Assembly (NCBI GenBank): GCA_040399745.1
Contig: JBBARP010000001.1
Location: 234,617-298,616, forward strand
From: Bdellovibrionia bacterium
Lineage (GTDB): Bacteria; Bdellovibrionota; UBA1018
Direction: 5' to 3'
Length of the DNA: 64,000 bases
The notes beneath the pieces were generated by a model that did no database searches, was not told the origin of the DNA, and saw nothing but the letters and a program-made list of their open reading frames with translations. Position 1 is the first letter of the stretch. Every line of letters starts with the position of its first letter. Of the stretch, positions 27,805 through 37,824 are shown piece by piece. Position numbers and translations under genes: made by a program.

Positions 27805-29649
27805 ATGAAGCGGATGGAATCGCGAACCAAAAAGACGACCGGATACCTCGTGGCGGGCTTGCTCGCTGCGACGGCCCTGAGTGCTCCTTGGGTTCTGGCC
27901 GCTGCAGGCCGAATCACTGCCATTGATTTCAGACAGGCCGACGGAAAAAGCCTGGTCGAGATTACTTCGGATGCTCCTCTGGCTTTTGTGAAGCAGGAGA
28001 ATCAGGCGGACAAACAGGTCATTCTAGAAATTCAGGACGCAAAACTGAGCCGCGCTGCCCTTCGGCGCTTGGATACTTCCTCCTTTCCTGGCGCCGTCAG
28101 TTTGGTCAGCCCCTATCAAACAGGCGAGCAAGCGCGTGTCGTCGTTCAGCTTCGAAACAACGTGGGTACCTCGGTGGTGCAAGACGGAAACGTCCTTCGC
28201 CTGAGTGTTGCGGATGGCGCATCATCCGACCGCGCCCAAGCGAGCGCTTCGGCCGCCGAGCCCGCGCCTTCGGCCAGTGAATCGGGAGAGAGCACTTCGT
28301 CCCGTGCAGCGGACGAGCTTTTAGCTCAGGAAGAAGCAGCTTCGAAACCCGCAACCAAGGCCTCAACCCCAGCTACTTTGCGGGCGGAAGAGAAGGCTCT
28401 GGACGATTTCATTCAGTCTCGTTCGCAGCGTAAATTCATTGGAAAGCCCATCACTTTACAAGTTCGTGACATGGATTTGGGCGACTTCTTCCAGTTGATC
28501 GGGGAAGCTTCCGGCTTCAACGTTATTGTGGGCTCGGAAGTACAAGGAAAGGTAACGCTTTCGCTTCAGGACACCCCCTGGGACCAAGCCCTGGATTTGG
28601 TGCTTTCTTCGCGCCAGCTGGGTGCCGAGCGTCGTAACAACGTGCTGCGAATCACGACGCTCTCGAATCTGACTTCCGAGAAGCAAGCCGAGCTGGCCGC
28701 TCGTCGTGCGAGCGAGGCCGCAGCTCCGCGAATCACCCGAATTTTCCCCATTAGCTACGCCACGCTGGCGGATCTCAGTAACGTGTTTCAGCGCTTCGCT
28801 TCCAGCTCGGGCGACACTTCAGGAACCGTCGTACAAACCGATGAACGCACGAACAGCATCATCGTTCGCGATACGGCTGAAAACATCGAGCGGATGCGAA
28901 AGCTGATCGAGCTTTTGGACACCCAAACGCCTCAAGTTTTGATTGAGGCAAAAGTGGTGGAAGCCAAAGAGAGCGGTTCCAAGGCGATTTCCGGTACGTT
29001 TGGTTTCGGTGGCAGCGCAACTTCCAGCAGCTTGACTGGGACTCTTGGTGCCATTCCGAACACCACCTTGGTGGGTGGAAACTTCAATTGGGGGCAGGCT
29101 TTGAATTTCGGCATTGGAAACGGCACCCGGATCGATGCCTTACTGAACATTACCGAGAGCCAAAGTTTGACCCGAACTGTGTCCTCGCCCAAGACTGTGG
29201 TCCTGAACAAAGAGACGGCGAGCATCGTTGCGGGAACGCCGGTCCTGATCAGCACCACCACCAGCACGATCTCGGGCCCGATTGCCACTCAGACGGTGGT
29301 GACGGCGAACTTGAGCTTGAACGTCAAACCCACGGTGACCAATGACTCTGGCGTCCTTTTGGATGTGACGGTTCAGCGCGATACGGTTGTTCAGGCCGAC
29401 ACCACGAGTGCAGTGGCCCCTCGAAATCTAAAAACCAAAGTTCTTGTCGACAGCGGCTCGACCTTGGTGATCGGCGGGGTTTACACGAGCTCCAGCATCG
29501 AATCGGAGGGCGGCATTCCGTTCTTCCGGAAAATTCCAATCATCGGGGCCCTGTTTGGGAACGAAACCAAGTCGAATGAACGAACGGAGTTGTTCATTTT
29601 CATCACACCGCGCATTCTGAACCAGAAAGAAGCAGGCCTTTCGACGTGA
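27805..29649 (+). CDS. pilQ: Type IV pilus secretin PilQ
   Basis: Signal peptide, AMIN-like domain, PWDQALD, DERTNSIIV, LDTQTPQVLIEAKVVE, GIPFFRKIPIIGALF, FITPRI. Confidence 0.95.
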   Translation: MKRMESRTKKTTGYLVAGLLAATALSAPWVLAAAGRITAIDFRQADGKSLVEITSDAPLAFVKQENQADKQVILEIQDAKLSRAALRRLDTSSFPGAVSLVSPYQTGEQARVVVQLRNNVGTSVVQDGNVLRLSVADGASSDRAQASASAAEPAPSASESGESTSSRAADELLAQEEAASKPATKASTPATLRAEEKALDDFIQSRSQRKFIGKPITLQVRDMDLGDFFQLIGEASGFNVIVGSEVQGKVTLSLQDTPWDQALDLVLSSRQLGAERRNNVLRITTLSNLTSEKQAELAARRASEAAAPRITRIFPISYATLADLSNVFQRFASSSGDTSGTVVQTDERTNSIIVRDTAENIERMRKLIELLDTQTPQVLIEAKVVEAKESGSKAISGTFGFGGSATSSSLTGTLGAIPNTTLVGGNFNWGQALNFGIGNGTRIDALLNITESQSLTRTVSSPKTVVLNKETASIVAGTPVLISTTTSTISGPIATQTVVTANLSLNVKPTVTNDSGVLLDVTVQRDTVVQADTTSAVAPRNLKTKVLVDSGSTLVIGGVYTSSSIESEGGIPFFRKIPIIGALFGNETKSNERTELFIFITPRILNQKEAGLST

Positions 29650-30251
29650 ACCCGGCGTCCTATTCGCCCATCCTTTATGAGTACCTGAGGCGCTATCAAG
29701 AAAATCCGCGCTCGCGCGTCTTTGCGCCGTTAGCGGAAGCATATCGAAAAGCCGGCCTTCCCGAGCAGGCACTCGAGATCGCGCGTGAGGGGCTTCGGGT
29801 GCATCCTCACTTCGTGGGTGGCCGGGTGGCTTTAGGTCGGGCGCTCTTTGATCTGCGCAGGCATGCCGAAGTGGTTCAAGAGCTTTCGGTGGTGGTCCGC
29901 GACGTGCCTGACAACTTGGCAGCGCAAAGGCTTCTGGCCGAGAGCTGCTTGGTCCTAGGTCGAGTCGCCGAAGCCCTCGATGCGTATAAAATGTTGCTCT
30001 ACTTCGCTCCGGGCGATGCCCAGTTGGCCAAGCTGGTTCATGAGCTGGAAACCCAGGCCTATGCGCAAGGGAATTTGGTCCTGCAGCTCGATTCGCCTGA
30101 AAAAGCGGGTTCTGCCTTCGAGTTTCAGGAAGCAGGCCGAGCCTTGGCGAGCGATCCCGCGCGAGCGAAGAACGAGTGGTTACGTCGGGTAGAGCTCCTG
30201 CAGGGCATGCTTCAGCGGGTAGAGCGGTACCGGGCTCGCGCCTCGGGTTGA
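29646..30251 (+). CDS. TPR protein downstream of pilQ
   Basis: NPRSRVFAPLAEAYRKAG...GLRVHP...GRVALGRAL TPR pattern. Confidence 0.8.
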   Translation: MNPASYSPILYEYLRRYQENPRSRVFAPLAEAYRKAGLPEQALEIAREGLRVHPHFVGGRVALGRALFDLRRHAEVVQELSVVVRDVPDNLAAQRLLAESCLVLGRVAEALDAYKMLLYFAPGDAQLAKLVHELETQAYAQGNLVLQLDSPEKAGSAFEFQEAGRALASDPARAKNEWLRRVELLQGMLQRVERYRARASG

Positions 30252-30277
30252 CGCGCGGGAAGTCCGCGTGATAACCG
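30248..30277 (+). promoter_or_regulatory. Candidate sigma70 promoter giving a leaderless efp transcript
   Basis: TTGACG-N18-TAACCG (preceded by TG) 7 nt before the ATG; no SD. Confidence 0.45.
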
Positions 30278-30284
30278 ACCGTTC

Positions 30285-30845
30285 ATGTACGCAACCAACC
30301 AGTTTCGCAAAGGCCTGAAGGTCGAGCTCGAGGGCGTTCCTTTTGAGATCGTCGACTTTCAGCACGTCAGCCCCGGCAAAGGCCGCGCTTTCACCCGTAC
30401 CAAGTTGAAGAACATGCTCAACGGCAACGTGATCGAGCGAACGATCACTTCGGGCGACAAGCTGGACCGTGCGAACACTGAAGAAAAAGAAATGCAGTAC
30501 CTGTATCGGGACGCCGAAGGGTACCACTTCATGAACCAGGCCAACTTCGAACAGGTGGCCATGAGCGAGGAACAGGTCGGAACCAATAAGGACTTCCTGA
30601 TCGAGAACCTCGTCATCAAGATCATGTACTTCAACGAAGGCCCGATCGGCATCGATATGCCGACTTTCGTGAATCTGCGCGTGAAAGAAACGACTTCGGC
30701 TTTCAAAGGCGATACCGTCGGCGGCACGAAGCCCGCCTTGATGGAAACGGGCGCTACGATTCAAGTGCCTTTTCACATCAAAGAAGGCGATATGTTGAAA
30801 ATCGATACCCGCGATTACTCCTACAACTCCAAAGCCAACGACTGA
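30285..30845 (+). CDS. efp: Translation elongation factor P
   Basis: [40 protein letters not shown]. Confidence 0.96.
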   Translation: MYATNQFRKGLKVELEGVPFEIVDFQHVSPGKGRAFTRTKLKNMLNGNVIERTITSGDKLDRANTEEKEMQYLYRDAEGYHFMNQANFEQVAMSEEQVGTNKDFLIENLVIKIMYFNEGPIGIDMPTFVNLRVKETTSAFKGDTVGGTKPALMETGATIQVPFHIKEGDMLKIDTRDYSYNSKAND

Positions 30846-30849
30846 GAGT

Positions 30850-31407
30850 GTGAACGTGAAAAAACAGCCCTCGAAGGTGAAGAAGCAGAAGGAAAACGCA
30901 ACCTCCGGTCTGTTGTCCGATCTGGAGAAGGTTCTTGAGATGATGGGCCGCCACCATGTGGCCGAGCTCGAGTATGAAGCTCAGGGCAGCCGCCTGCATC
31001 TGCGGACGCAAGCCGCCCTGGCCGCTCAGGCCCATCAGGCTCAGCCGGTGTTTGCGCCGGCTCCGCAGTTTGCCTATCCGCCTGCCCCGGCTGCGCATGC
31101 TCCCGCAGCGCTCGCTGCAGCACCGGCCGCCGCTTCGGCTCCCGCTAGCTCTCCTGCTGCCTCGGCAGGCAAAACCGTCACTTCGCCTTTCGTAGGAACG
31201 TTCTATCGTTCCGCTTCGCCGACCGCGTCGGTGTACGTCAATGAGGGCCAAGCCGTGAAGTCGGGCGACGTACTCTGTATCGTCGAAGCGATGAAGCTGA
31301 TGAACGAAATTGAAGCCGAATTTTCGGGCAAAATTGTTCAAATTCTTGCTGAAAACGGGCAGCCCGTCGAATTCGGCGAGCCGCTCTTTGTGATTCAACC
31401 GGCCTGA
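30850..31407 (+). CDS. accB: Acetyl-CoA carboxylase biotin carboxyl carrier protein
   Basis: Ala/Pro linker, [18 protein letters not shown] biotinylation motif. Confidence 0.95.
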   Translation: MNVKKQPSKVKKQKENATSGLLSDLEKVLEMMGRHHVAELEYEAQGSRLHLRTQAALAAQAHQAQPVFAPAPQFAYPPAPAAHAPAALAAAPAAASAPASSPAASAGKTVTSPFVGTFYRSASPTASVYVNEGQAVKSGDVLCIVEAMKLMNEIEAEFSGKIVQILAENGQPVEFGEPLFVIQPA

Positions 31408-31426
31408 GCCGGGGAGGATCGTGTCC

Positions 31427-32797
31427 ATGGGCGCTTCTTCGGCTCCGTTCCCACCGTTCCGGAAAGTCCTCATCGCGAACCGCGGTGAAATCGCTCTTCG
31501 AGTCATTCGGGCCTGCCGCGAAATGGGCATCTCGACAGTCGCGGTTTATTCGACCGCCGACGAGAATTCACTGCACGTGAAGCTGGCAGACGAAGCGGTT
31601 TGCATTGGACCGCCGCAGAGCAAGTTGTCCTACTTGAATATGGGCAACGTGATTTCCGCAGCCGATATTACCGGAGCGGACGCGATTCACCCGGGCTACG
31701 GGTTTTTGTCTGAGAACGCCGAGTTTGCGCGTCTCTGCGGGGAGTGCGAGATCACGTTCATCGGCCCCACGCCGCAGAACTTGATCGACATGGGTGAGAA
31801 GACGCGGGCGCGTGCTTTAGCTAAGGCTGCGGGCGTTCCCATGTTGCCCGGTACGGTCGAAGCTGTGCCGAACATGGAAGTGGCCTTGGAAGAAGCCAAG
31901 CGCATCGGCTACCCGGTCATCTTGAAGGCAGCAGCGGGCGGCGGTGGAAGGGGCATTTTCGTTGTCCGTACGCCGGACGAATTGCGGGGCTCTTTTGACC
32001 GTGCCTCTGCCGAGGCCGGGGCCGCTTTCGGAAATCCGGCGATGTACGTGGAGAAGTTCTGCGAACATCCTCGGCATGTCGAGATTCAGGTTCTTTGCGA
32101 CAAGTTCGGTAATCGGCTTTTCCTGGGCGAGCGCGACTGCACCATCCAGCGCCGTCACCAGAAGTGCATCGAAGAAGCACCGAGCCCCATCATGGACGAA
32201 AAAATGCGCCAGGCGATGGGCAAAGCCGCTTTGGACCTCTGCGCGTCTGTGAATTACGAGAACGTCGGAACGGTCGAGTTCTTGGTGGAAAAGGGTCAGT
32301 TCTACTTCATGGAGATGAACACCCGGATTCAGGTCGAGCATCCGGTGACGGAGATGGTCACTGGCATTGACTTGATCAAAGAACAGATCAAGTCGGCTGC
32401 CGGACATCGTCTTCAGATTAAACAATCGGATATCAAGATTAGCTCGCACGCGATCGAGTGCCGAATCAACGCCGAGGACCCGGAAACTTTTGCCCCCTCG
32501 CCGGGCAAGATCACGGCACTTCACGTGCCGGGCGGCTATGGGGTTCGTGTGGAGTCATTCGTTTACGACCAGTACAAGGTCGTGCCGTACTACGACTCGA
32601 TGCTCGCTAAGCTCATTGTTCACGCTCCCACGCGCGACGAAGCCATCGCAAAGATGCGCCAGGCGCTTGACGAGTTTCGAGTGGAGGGGATCAAAACCAA
32701 TATCCCGTTCCACCAGAAAATCATGGACTCCGAGCTGTTCCGCTCGTCGAATTACGACACCCATTTTTTGGAAGTCTTCCTTCCGAAAAACAAGTAA
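31427..32797 (+). CDS. accC: Acetyl-CoA carboxylase biotin carboxylase
   Basis: IANRGEIA, HPGYGFLSEN, GGGGRG, RDCTIQRRHQK, EMNTRIQVEHPVTE, YYDSM. Confidence 0.96.
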   Translation: MGASSAPFPPFRKVLIANRGEIALRVIRACREMGISTVAVYSTADENSLHVKLADEAVCIGPPQSKLSYLNMGNVISAADITGADAIHPGYGFLSENAEFARLCGECEITFIGPTPQNLIDMGEKTRARALAKAAGVPMLPGTVEAVPNMEVALEEAKRIGYPVILKAAAGGGGRGIFVVRTPDELRGSFDRASAEAGAAFGNPAMYVEKFCEHPRHVEIQVLCDKFGNRLFLGERDCTIQRRHQKCIEEAPSPIMDEKMRQAMGKAALDLCASVNYENVGTVEFLVEKGQFYFMEMNTRIQVEHPVTEMVTGIDLIKEQIKSAAGHRLQIKQSDIKISSHAIECRINAEDPETFAPSPGKITALHVPGGYGVRVESFVYDQYKVVPYYDSMLAKLIVHAPTRDEAIAKMRQALDEFRVEGIKTNIPFHQKIMDSELFRSSNYDTHFLEVFLPKNK

Positions 32798-32842
32798 AAT
32801 CAGGGTCATAAGTGGGTCAGGATGACCCGCTGTGGAGGCAGC

Positions 32843-33724
32843 ATGGACGAGAAGCCGACGCGGGTAGATCTCGGTGATGATCTATTGGAGAACACCCGGA
32901 GTAGTGTGAGCGCAGAGGCGCCGGCAGCGTCGTCGCCTCAAGAGTCGGTCTCCGAACTTTTGGAGAGCGCCGCCATTCTGGAAAGTCAGGGGCTGCGTGA
33001 CGATGCCAAACGCTTACTTCGTCGCGTGCTTCGTCAAGATGCTCGAAATGTCTCAGCACGAAAGAAGCTCGAGGCAATTTTGAAGCTGGAGCTCGACGCT
33101 CTGCTTGCGGGCGAGCCGCTGCAATCCCCGACGCCAGTGCCGGGAGAAGCTTCGCGCCTTGAGTTCCCAGTGGATGATCCCGAAAGTGTGGACAGCGAAG
33201 CCGTGATGCGAGCTTTGGATCGCGATTTTCAGCTCGGCGTCTTCAAGGACGGAGGGCATGGGGAATCAGCAGATTTCGAAGCCATGGTGTTCGGTGACCG
33301 GGAGAATCGCGAAAAATTTGAGAAGGATCTGGAAGGGAAACTAGCGGGCGCTTCAGCTCGCGACTGTCTGGATCTAGCGATCGCGTTTCTCGAAATGGAT
33401 CTTTTCTCGGTTGCCCTCCATTTGCTCGAGCGAGCCGAGCATGATGGCGAGATTCGCTATCTGGCCGCTCCGCTTCGGGCAGATGCATTGATTCGGGTGG
33501 GGCGGGCTTTCGAGGCCGTATTGATCCTGGAGCCTCTGTGGCTCGACCCAGAGGTTTCGCGAGCCGGAAAATTGGAATACATGTACCTGATGGCCCGAGC
33601 CAAAGAGCAACTGGGGCGCCTCGACCAGGCGCTGGAATGGTACCGCCGGGTGCAGTCCGTTGATCCGGATTACCGCGAGACCGCGTTTCGCGTTCGCTCG
33701 ATGCTGCGAAGGATTGGCGAATGA
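32843..33724 (+). CDS. TPR protein, probable SgmX C-terminal / Bd2492-type MglA-interacting homolog
   Basis: 'DLAIAFLEMDL' and C-terminal TPRs ending 'DPDYRE'; synteny accC-TPR-tamB-Omp85. Confidence 0.65.
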   Translation: MDEKPTRVDLGDDLLENTRSSVSAEAPAASSPQESVSELLESAAILESQGLRDDAKRLLRRVLRQDARNVSARKKLEAILKLELDALLAGEPLQSPTPVPGEASRLEFPVDDPESVDSEAVMRALDRDFQLGVFKDGGHGESADFEAMVFGDRENREKFEKDLEGKLAGASARDCLDLAIAFLEMDLFSVALHLLERAEHDGEIRYLAAPLRADALIRVGRAFEAVLILEPLWLDPEVSRAGKLEYMYLMARAKEQLGRLDQALEWYRRVQSVDPDYRETAFRVRSMLRRIGE

Positions 33725-36700
33725 TCCGCAAGCCCCTGCTTATTTTCACCGGCCTGACAGGCGTGCTGGTGGCGGGGGCTTTGCTCTTTATTCGGAGCGA
33801 GACCTTTGCAGGGGCTCTGCGACGATCGGCTCTGGCCTACCTTCCGCGCGGTTCTCAGGTGGATGTCGATTTTAATCGAGTCGCGATTGGCTTTTTTCCG
33901 CCATCCGTCAGTTTTTCCGGAATTCGGTTTCAAGCGAACGGAGGGAACTTTCTCGATCTTTCGGCGGGCACTCGAATCGTCGCCGATTCGTTGGAGCTTT
34001 CGTTCGGAGCCGTTCAGATGCTCTCGGGAAGTATCCGAGTCAGAAAGGTTTCAGTGAGGCGCGGGGAAGTCGACCTTCCGATTCGCCCCAAACCCAGCCG
34101 CGCTTCCCAAAAGGGTCAGCGTGATTCGGATCGCCTGCAGTGGAGCGATCTGTTTCAAGTGCAGGTGGAGTCCGTGAGTCTGGAAGATTCTAAGGTGCGC
34201 CTCAGCGCTCCGTCGGTTCCGGAATTTCACGCGCAAGCCTTAGCAGAGCACGCGGAAATTTCGCGTGCCCGCAACAGTCAGGGAGAGCCGGCGTATCAGC
34301 TTCAACTGGGGCTTCGCGATCTGCAGGCAGAGCTTCCAAAAGCCTGGAAGGTGCCGTTTCAGGGAATCCACTCGTTTGAAGCGGATTTGAAGGTGGGCAA
34401 GTCGGGTGTGGAGATCGGCCGTCTCGAGGCCAAGAGCCCGGGCCTCCGAATCGGAGTGTCCGGTCGCGTAGATGGCGATTTACTCGAACCGAAGAAGCTT
34501 CCGATGGACCTTCAAGGTGAGCTGAAGTTTGATCTCTCGGCTCTGCGTTCTTGGATTCCGGAATTGGAAAAAAAGGGCGTCTCGGGCCAGAGCTTGTTCC
34601 GAGGTCGCCTGCAGGGAGATTTCGCCCGTCTTCAGGAAACGTTGCGGGGCGAGGGTCGACTTGAATTACAGAATTTGAAAGCAGGCACTTTCGAGGCGGA
34701 TCGCGCCGAGCTGAATGGATCGTGGGAATCCAGCGACGGGGGAGAGCTTCAGCTTCAGGGAGCTGAGATTGAAGCGGTCCAAACGCCGCGAGTCGACGGA
34801 GTGTCCCCAGGCAAAGGCGGAAAGGTCCGGATCGGGAGTGTTCGGTACCGTCTGCGCTCGAGTGAGCCGGTCACCGTTCCGATTGAATTGGAAGGCGCCC
34901 ACATCCACTGGCTGGGAGCGGCGGCAGTGGAGAGTATCTGGAATCTCGACTCGCGGCTGAACGGAAAGATTCAAGCCACCTACCATCCAGGAAGCCGAAA
35001 AAAGCCGGGCCACGTTTTGGCCCAACTGGATCTGAAGGCCAAAGATTTTCATCTCGATAACCAGAGGCCGGGCTTGAACCGCCCACGGCGCGATTTTATT
35101 GCCGTTCCAGAGTTCGCGCTTCAGGGGGCTGTGCTCATCGACTCCAAAGCCGTGATGCCTCAGAATCTTTTGGTTTCTGCGGGCCGGGTTCAACTGACGG
35201 CTGGCGGAAAAATCGACTACGCTACGGGGTGGGATCTTCAGGCGGAAGGTCCCGTGGCGCTTCAGGATTTGGGTCAGCTGGCGCAGAACCCCATTCGCGG
35301 AGAGGGGACGTTGAAGCTTCAAGTTCACGGTCGTCCCGAGCGAGTGAAGCTCGACTTCGACTGCGATCTGAAAGACGCCTATTACCTCGATATGGCTTTT
35401 GGTGATTTCCAAGGACGAATCACCTACGATGATGCTCCCACACACCTGATTTTCTCGGGGATTCGCGCTGCCAAAGGTCGCACTCGCTACGAAGTCGACG
35501 GTAAACTCGAGATGGGTGACCGCGACAAAGCCGAGATATCGGCTCGCTTCCTTCAAGGTCGCATCGAGGATCTGACCGCACTCTTTTCGGACATGCTGAA
35601 GCCCGTTTCCTGGTTCCCGCGAACCTTGAACGGCGACTTCCGCGGTGGCCTCACGGTTAGCGGTGGGTTGGACTTGAAAACGCTGCGCGTGCAGGGTGAG
35701 CTCGCCGGAACCCACTGGGAGTGGATGGGTGAGCGCTTTGCCCAGGCTCGTTTGGTGGGAGGCTACGATCGGGGCCGCTACTACATCGAGGAGTTTCGCG
35801 GCACGAAGAATGCGGGTCGGCTTCGGGGTCGGGTTTCTTATGGTCCTGAGCCCACGTTTGACTGGTCCTTGATTACCGACGATTTCCACGCTCGCGATTT
35901 TGACCACGTTTCGCGCTTGGATGTTCCTGTGAAAGCCTCTTTTCGAGCCACCAGTCAGGGACGAGGCAAAGAAGGCGAAGTCGAGTCGCTCACCATTCTT
36001 ACCGTGAATGACCTGAACGTGCGGGGGGTTTCCTACCCGGACAGTTCACTGGAGTTGAGAACTCGGAATGGTCAGCTTCAGGCAACCGGCCAGGCCTTTG
36101 GGGGCCAAGCCTCGGTCGATGGTCTCTGGGGCTCGGCCGCCGGAGCGGCAGGCCGCCTGAAGCTGCGAGCGCAGGATCTCGATTTTTCCCCGCTTCTGTT
36201 GCTGCTGAATCCCGCACTCATCCAAGATCCGATGCTTCGCGGGCGGTTGAGTGGGACGGCAGATCTGAGTTTACCTTCCGAAAGGACCGATCTGGCATCA
36301 GGAACGGTTTCTCTCGATGCTTATGAATTGAGAAAGACCGGGACCTCTTTCACGTTGGCACAACCTTCGCGATTAGAACTCCAACAAGGTACGGCAGCGG
36401 CCACGCAGGTCGTGCTGCGAGGAACGCAAGGCGACGCTGTCTTGAAGCTGGCCTCGCGCGAAGGTGCTCTGGACGGAAGCATTCAAGGCCGACTGGACGC
36501 TTCTCTGATCGAGTTCCTGACCCCCAGTATCCAGCAGGCATCGGGGGCTCAGGATTTGGATTTTCGAATCCTCGGTCGATGGTCGCTTCCGACGATCGAG
36601 GGGCGGATTCGTCTCTCCGATGTGGCCGTACGAGTGGGTGCGGTCGAATCGCCTTTTGAAAATATTCGCGGCGAGCTGTCTTTAAGGCAGGGCCTGGTTC

Positions 36701-37824
36701 GTGTTCTGGATTTGTCGGGCGATCTAGCCGGCGGAAGGGTTTCTTCCACGGGCCAAGTTGAACTCTTCGCTGATCGTTACCCTGAGATTTCACTTCAATC
36801 GAACGTGCAGGGAAGTCGGATCAAGGTCTTCCCTTTCCAGTTTGCAAAACTGCGGGGGAAGCTGGGGGTTCGAGGGAGCGCTCCGCCTTATCTGGTTGAT
36901 GGCTCGATGGTGGTGGAAAGTGCTCTTTCTCGCGAGAAAGTGATGAACACAAGCCAGGGTCGCGTTCTGAAGTCAGCGCTTTATACGCCTCCGCCGGGTT
37001 CATCGCGAGAAGCTGATATTCCGCTCTTTAAGCTCGACATCGGTGTGCGAGCCGATCAGGGCGTCATCGTGAAAAACGACCTGTTTGATGCTGAGCTGAA
37101 AGCTCAAATCAAAGTGGTGAATACCCTCGAAGCTCCGAGAATCGTCGGAACCGCGGATGTGATCCGGGGTAACCTCAGTTTCAAAGACCGGATTTTCCAA
37201 ATTCAATCGGCCCAGATCCAGTTCGATAATCCGGCGGTTCTGAATCCTGCCTTCAACATGACCTCCAGTTCCGACATCAACGGAACCAAAGTGCAGCTCT
37301 ATGCTGTGGGCCGAATGGACGCATGGAGAATTGATCTGTCTTCCAACCCGGTTTTACCTGAGTCCGAGATTATTTCGCTCCTGGCACTCGGTGCGACCTC
37401 GGAAGAGGTACGACGCCTGCGCGGCGGCGATCGAAGCTCGTTTGAACAAGGTGAAGCCGCATCGCTCTTGCTCCATTCACTCGACTTCAATCGGAACGTG
37501 AAGGACAAAACGGGTTTCCAGATTCAACTCGATGAAGCCGTGGGGACCGTTCAGGGCGCTTCCGTATTCCGCCCCCGGGCAGACACCGAGGCGACCACCT
37601 CCCCGAAACTGGTGATTCGCCGCCGAATCGGGAAGAAAGTGGATCTCTCGGTCGGAAGCACGGTGGGGGTGGGAACGAATCACCAGCGCGAAGTGAACTT
37701 GGAGTATCAGCTCACTCCCGGTGTCTCTGTTAACGGGGTTTGGGATACGCAGGAAACTCTGGAAACCCAAGAGCCTCAGACTTCATACGGCGTGGACTTC
37801 AAACTGCAGCGGAGGTTCAAGTAA
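33721..37824 (+). CDS. tamB: TamB / AsmA-like translocation and assembly module protein
   Basis: 1367 aa, N-terminal TM anchor, beta-taco repeats, C-terminal DUF490-like 'SSNPVLPESEIISLL'. Confidence 0.85.
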   Translation: MIRKPLLIFTGLTGVLVAGALLFIRSETFAGALRRSALAYLPRGSQVDVDFNRVAIGFFPPSVSFSGIRFQANGGNFLDLSAGTRIVADSLELSFGAVQMLSGSIRVRKVSVRRGEVDLPIRPKPSRASQKGQRDSDRLQWSDLFQVQVESVSLEDSKVRLSAPSVPEFHAQALAEHAEISRARNSQGEPAYQLQLGLRDLQAELPKAWKVPFQGIHSFEADLKVGKSGVEIGRLEAKSPGLRIGVSGRVDGDLLEPKKLPMDLQGELKFDLSALRSWIPELEKKGVSGQSLFRGRLQGDFARLQETLRGEGRLELQNLKAGTFEADRAELNGSWESSDGGELQLQGAEIEAVQTPRVDGVSPGKGGKVRIGSVRYRLRSSEPVTVPIELEGAHIHWLGAAAVESIWNLDSRLNGKIQATYHPGSRKKPGHVLAQLDLKAKDFHLDNQRPGLNRPRRDFIAVPEFALQGAVLIDSKAVMPQNLLVSAGRVQLTAGGKIDYATGWDLQAEGPVALQDLGQLAQNPIRGEGTLKLQVHGRPERVKLDFDCDLKDAYYLDMAFGDFQGRITYDDAPTHLIFSGIRAAKGRTRYEVDGKLEMGDRDKAEISARFLQGRIEDLTALFSDMLKPVSWFPRTLNGDFRGGLTVSGGLDLKTLRVQGELAGTHWEWMGERFAQARLVGGYDRGRYYIEEFRGTKNAGRLRGRVSYGPEPTFDWSLITDDFHARDFDHVSRLDVPVKASFRATSQGRGKEGEVESLTILTVNDLNVRGVSYPDSSLELRTRNGQLQATGQAFGGQASVDGLWGSAAGAAGRLKLRAQDLDFSPLLLLLNPALIQDPMLRGRLSGTADLSLPSERTDLASGTVSLDAYELRKTGTSFTLAQPSRLELQQGTAAATQVVLRGTQGDAVLKLASREGALDGSIQGRLDASLIEFLTPSIQQASGAQDLDFRILGRWSLPTIEGRIRLSDVAVRVGAVESPFENIRGELSLRQGLVRVLDLSGDLAGGRVSSTGQVELFADRYPEISLQSNVQGSRIKVFPFQFAKLRGKLGVRGSAPPYLVDGSMVVESALSREKVMNTSQGRVLKSALYTPPPGSSREADIPLFKLDIGVRADQGVIVKNDLFDAELKAQIKVVNTLEAPRIVGTADVIRGNLSFKDRIFQIQSAQIQFDNPAVLNPAFNMTSSSDINGTKVQLYAVGRMDAWRIDLSSNPVLPESEIISLLALGATSEEVRRLRGGDRSSFEQGEAASLLLHSLDFNRNVKDKTGFQIQLDEAVGTVQGASVFRPRADTEATTSPKLVIRRRIGKKVDLSVGSTVGVGTNHQREVNLEYQLTPGVSVNGVWDTQETLETQEPQTSYGVDFKLQRRFK

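Noticed and set aside
30285..30845. Unusual EF-P modification type
   Set aside because: The loop is the standard PGKG lysine type, and no modification enzyme genes are in the window.
34666..35907. 413-aa minus-strand ORF inside tamB
   Set aside because: Antisense shadow of a well-supported gene; no recognisable domain.
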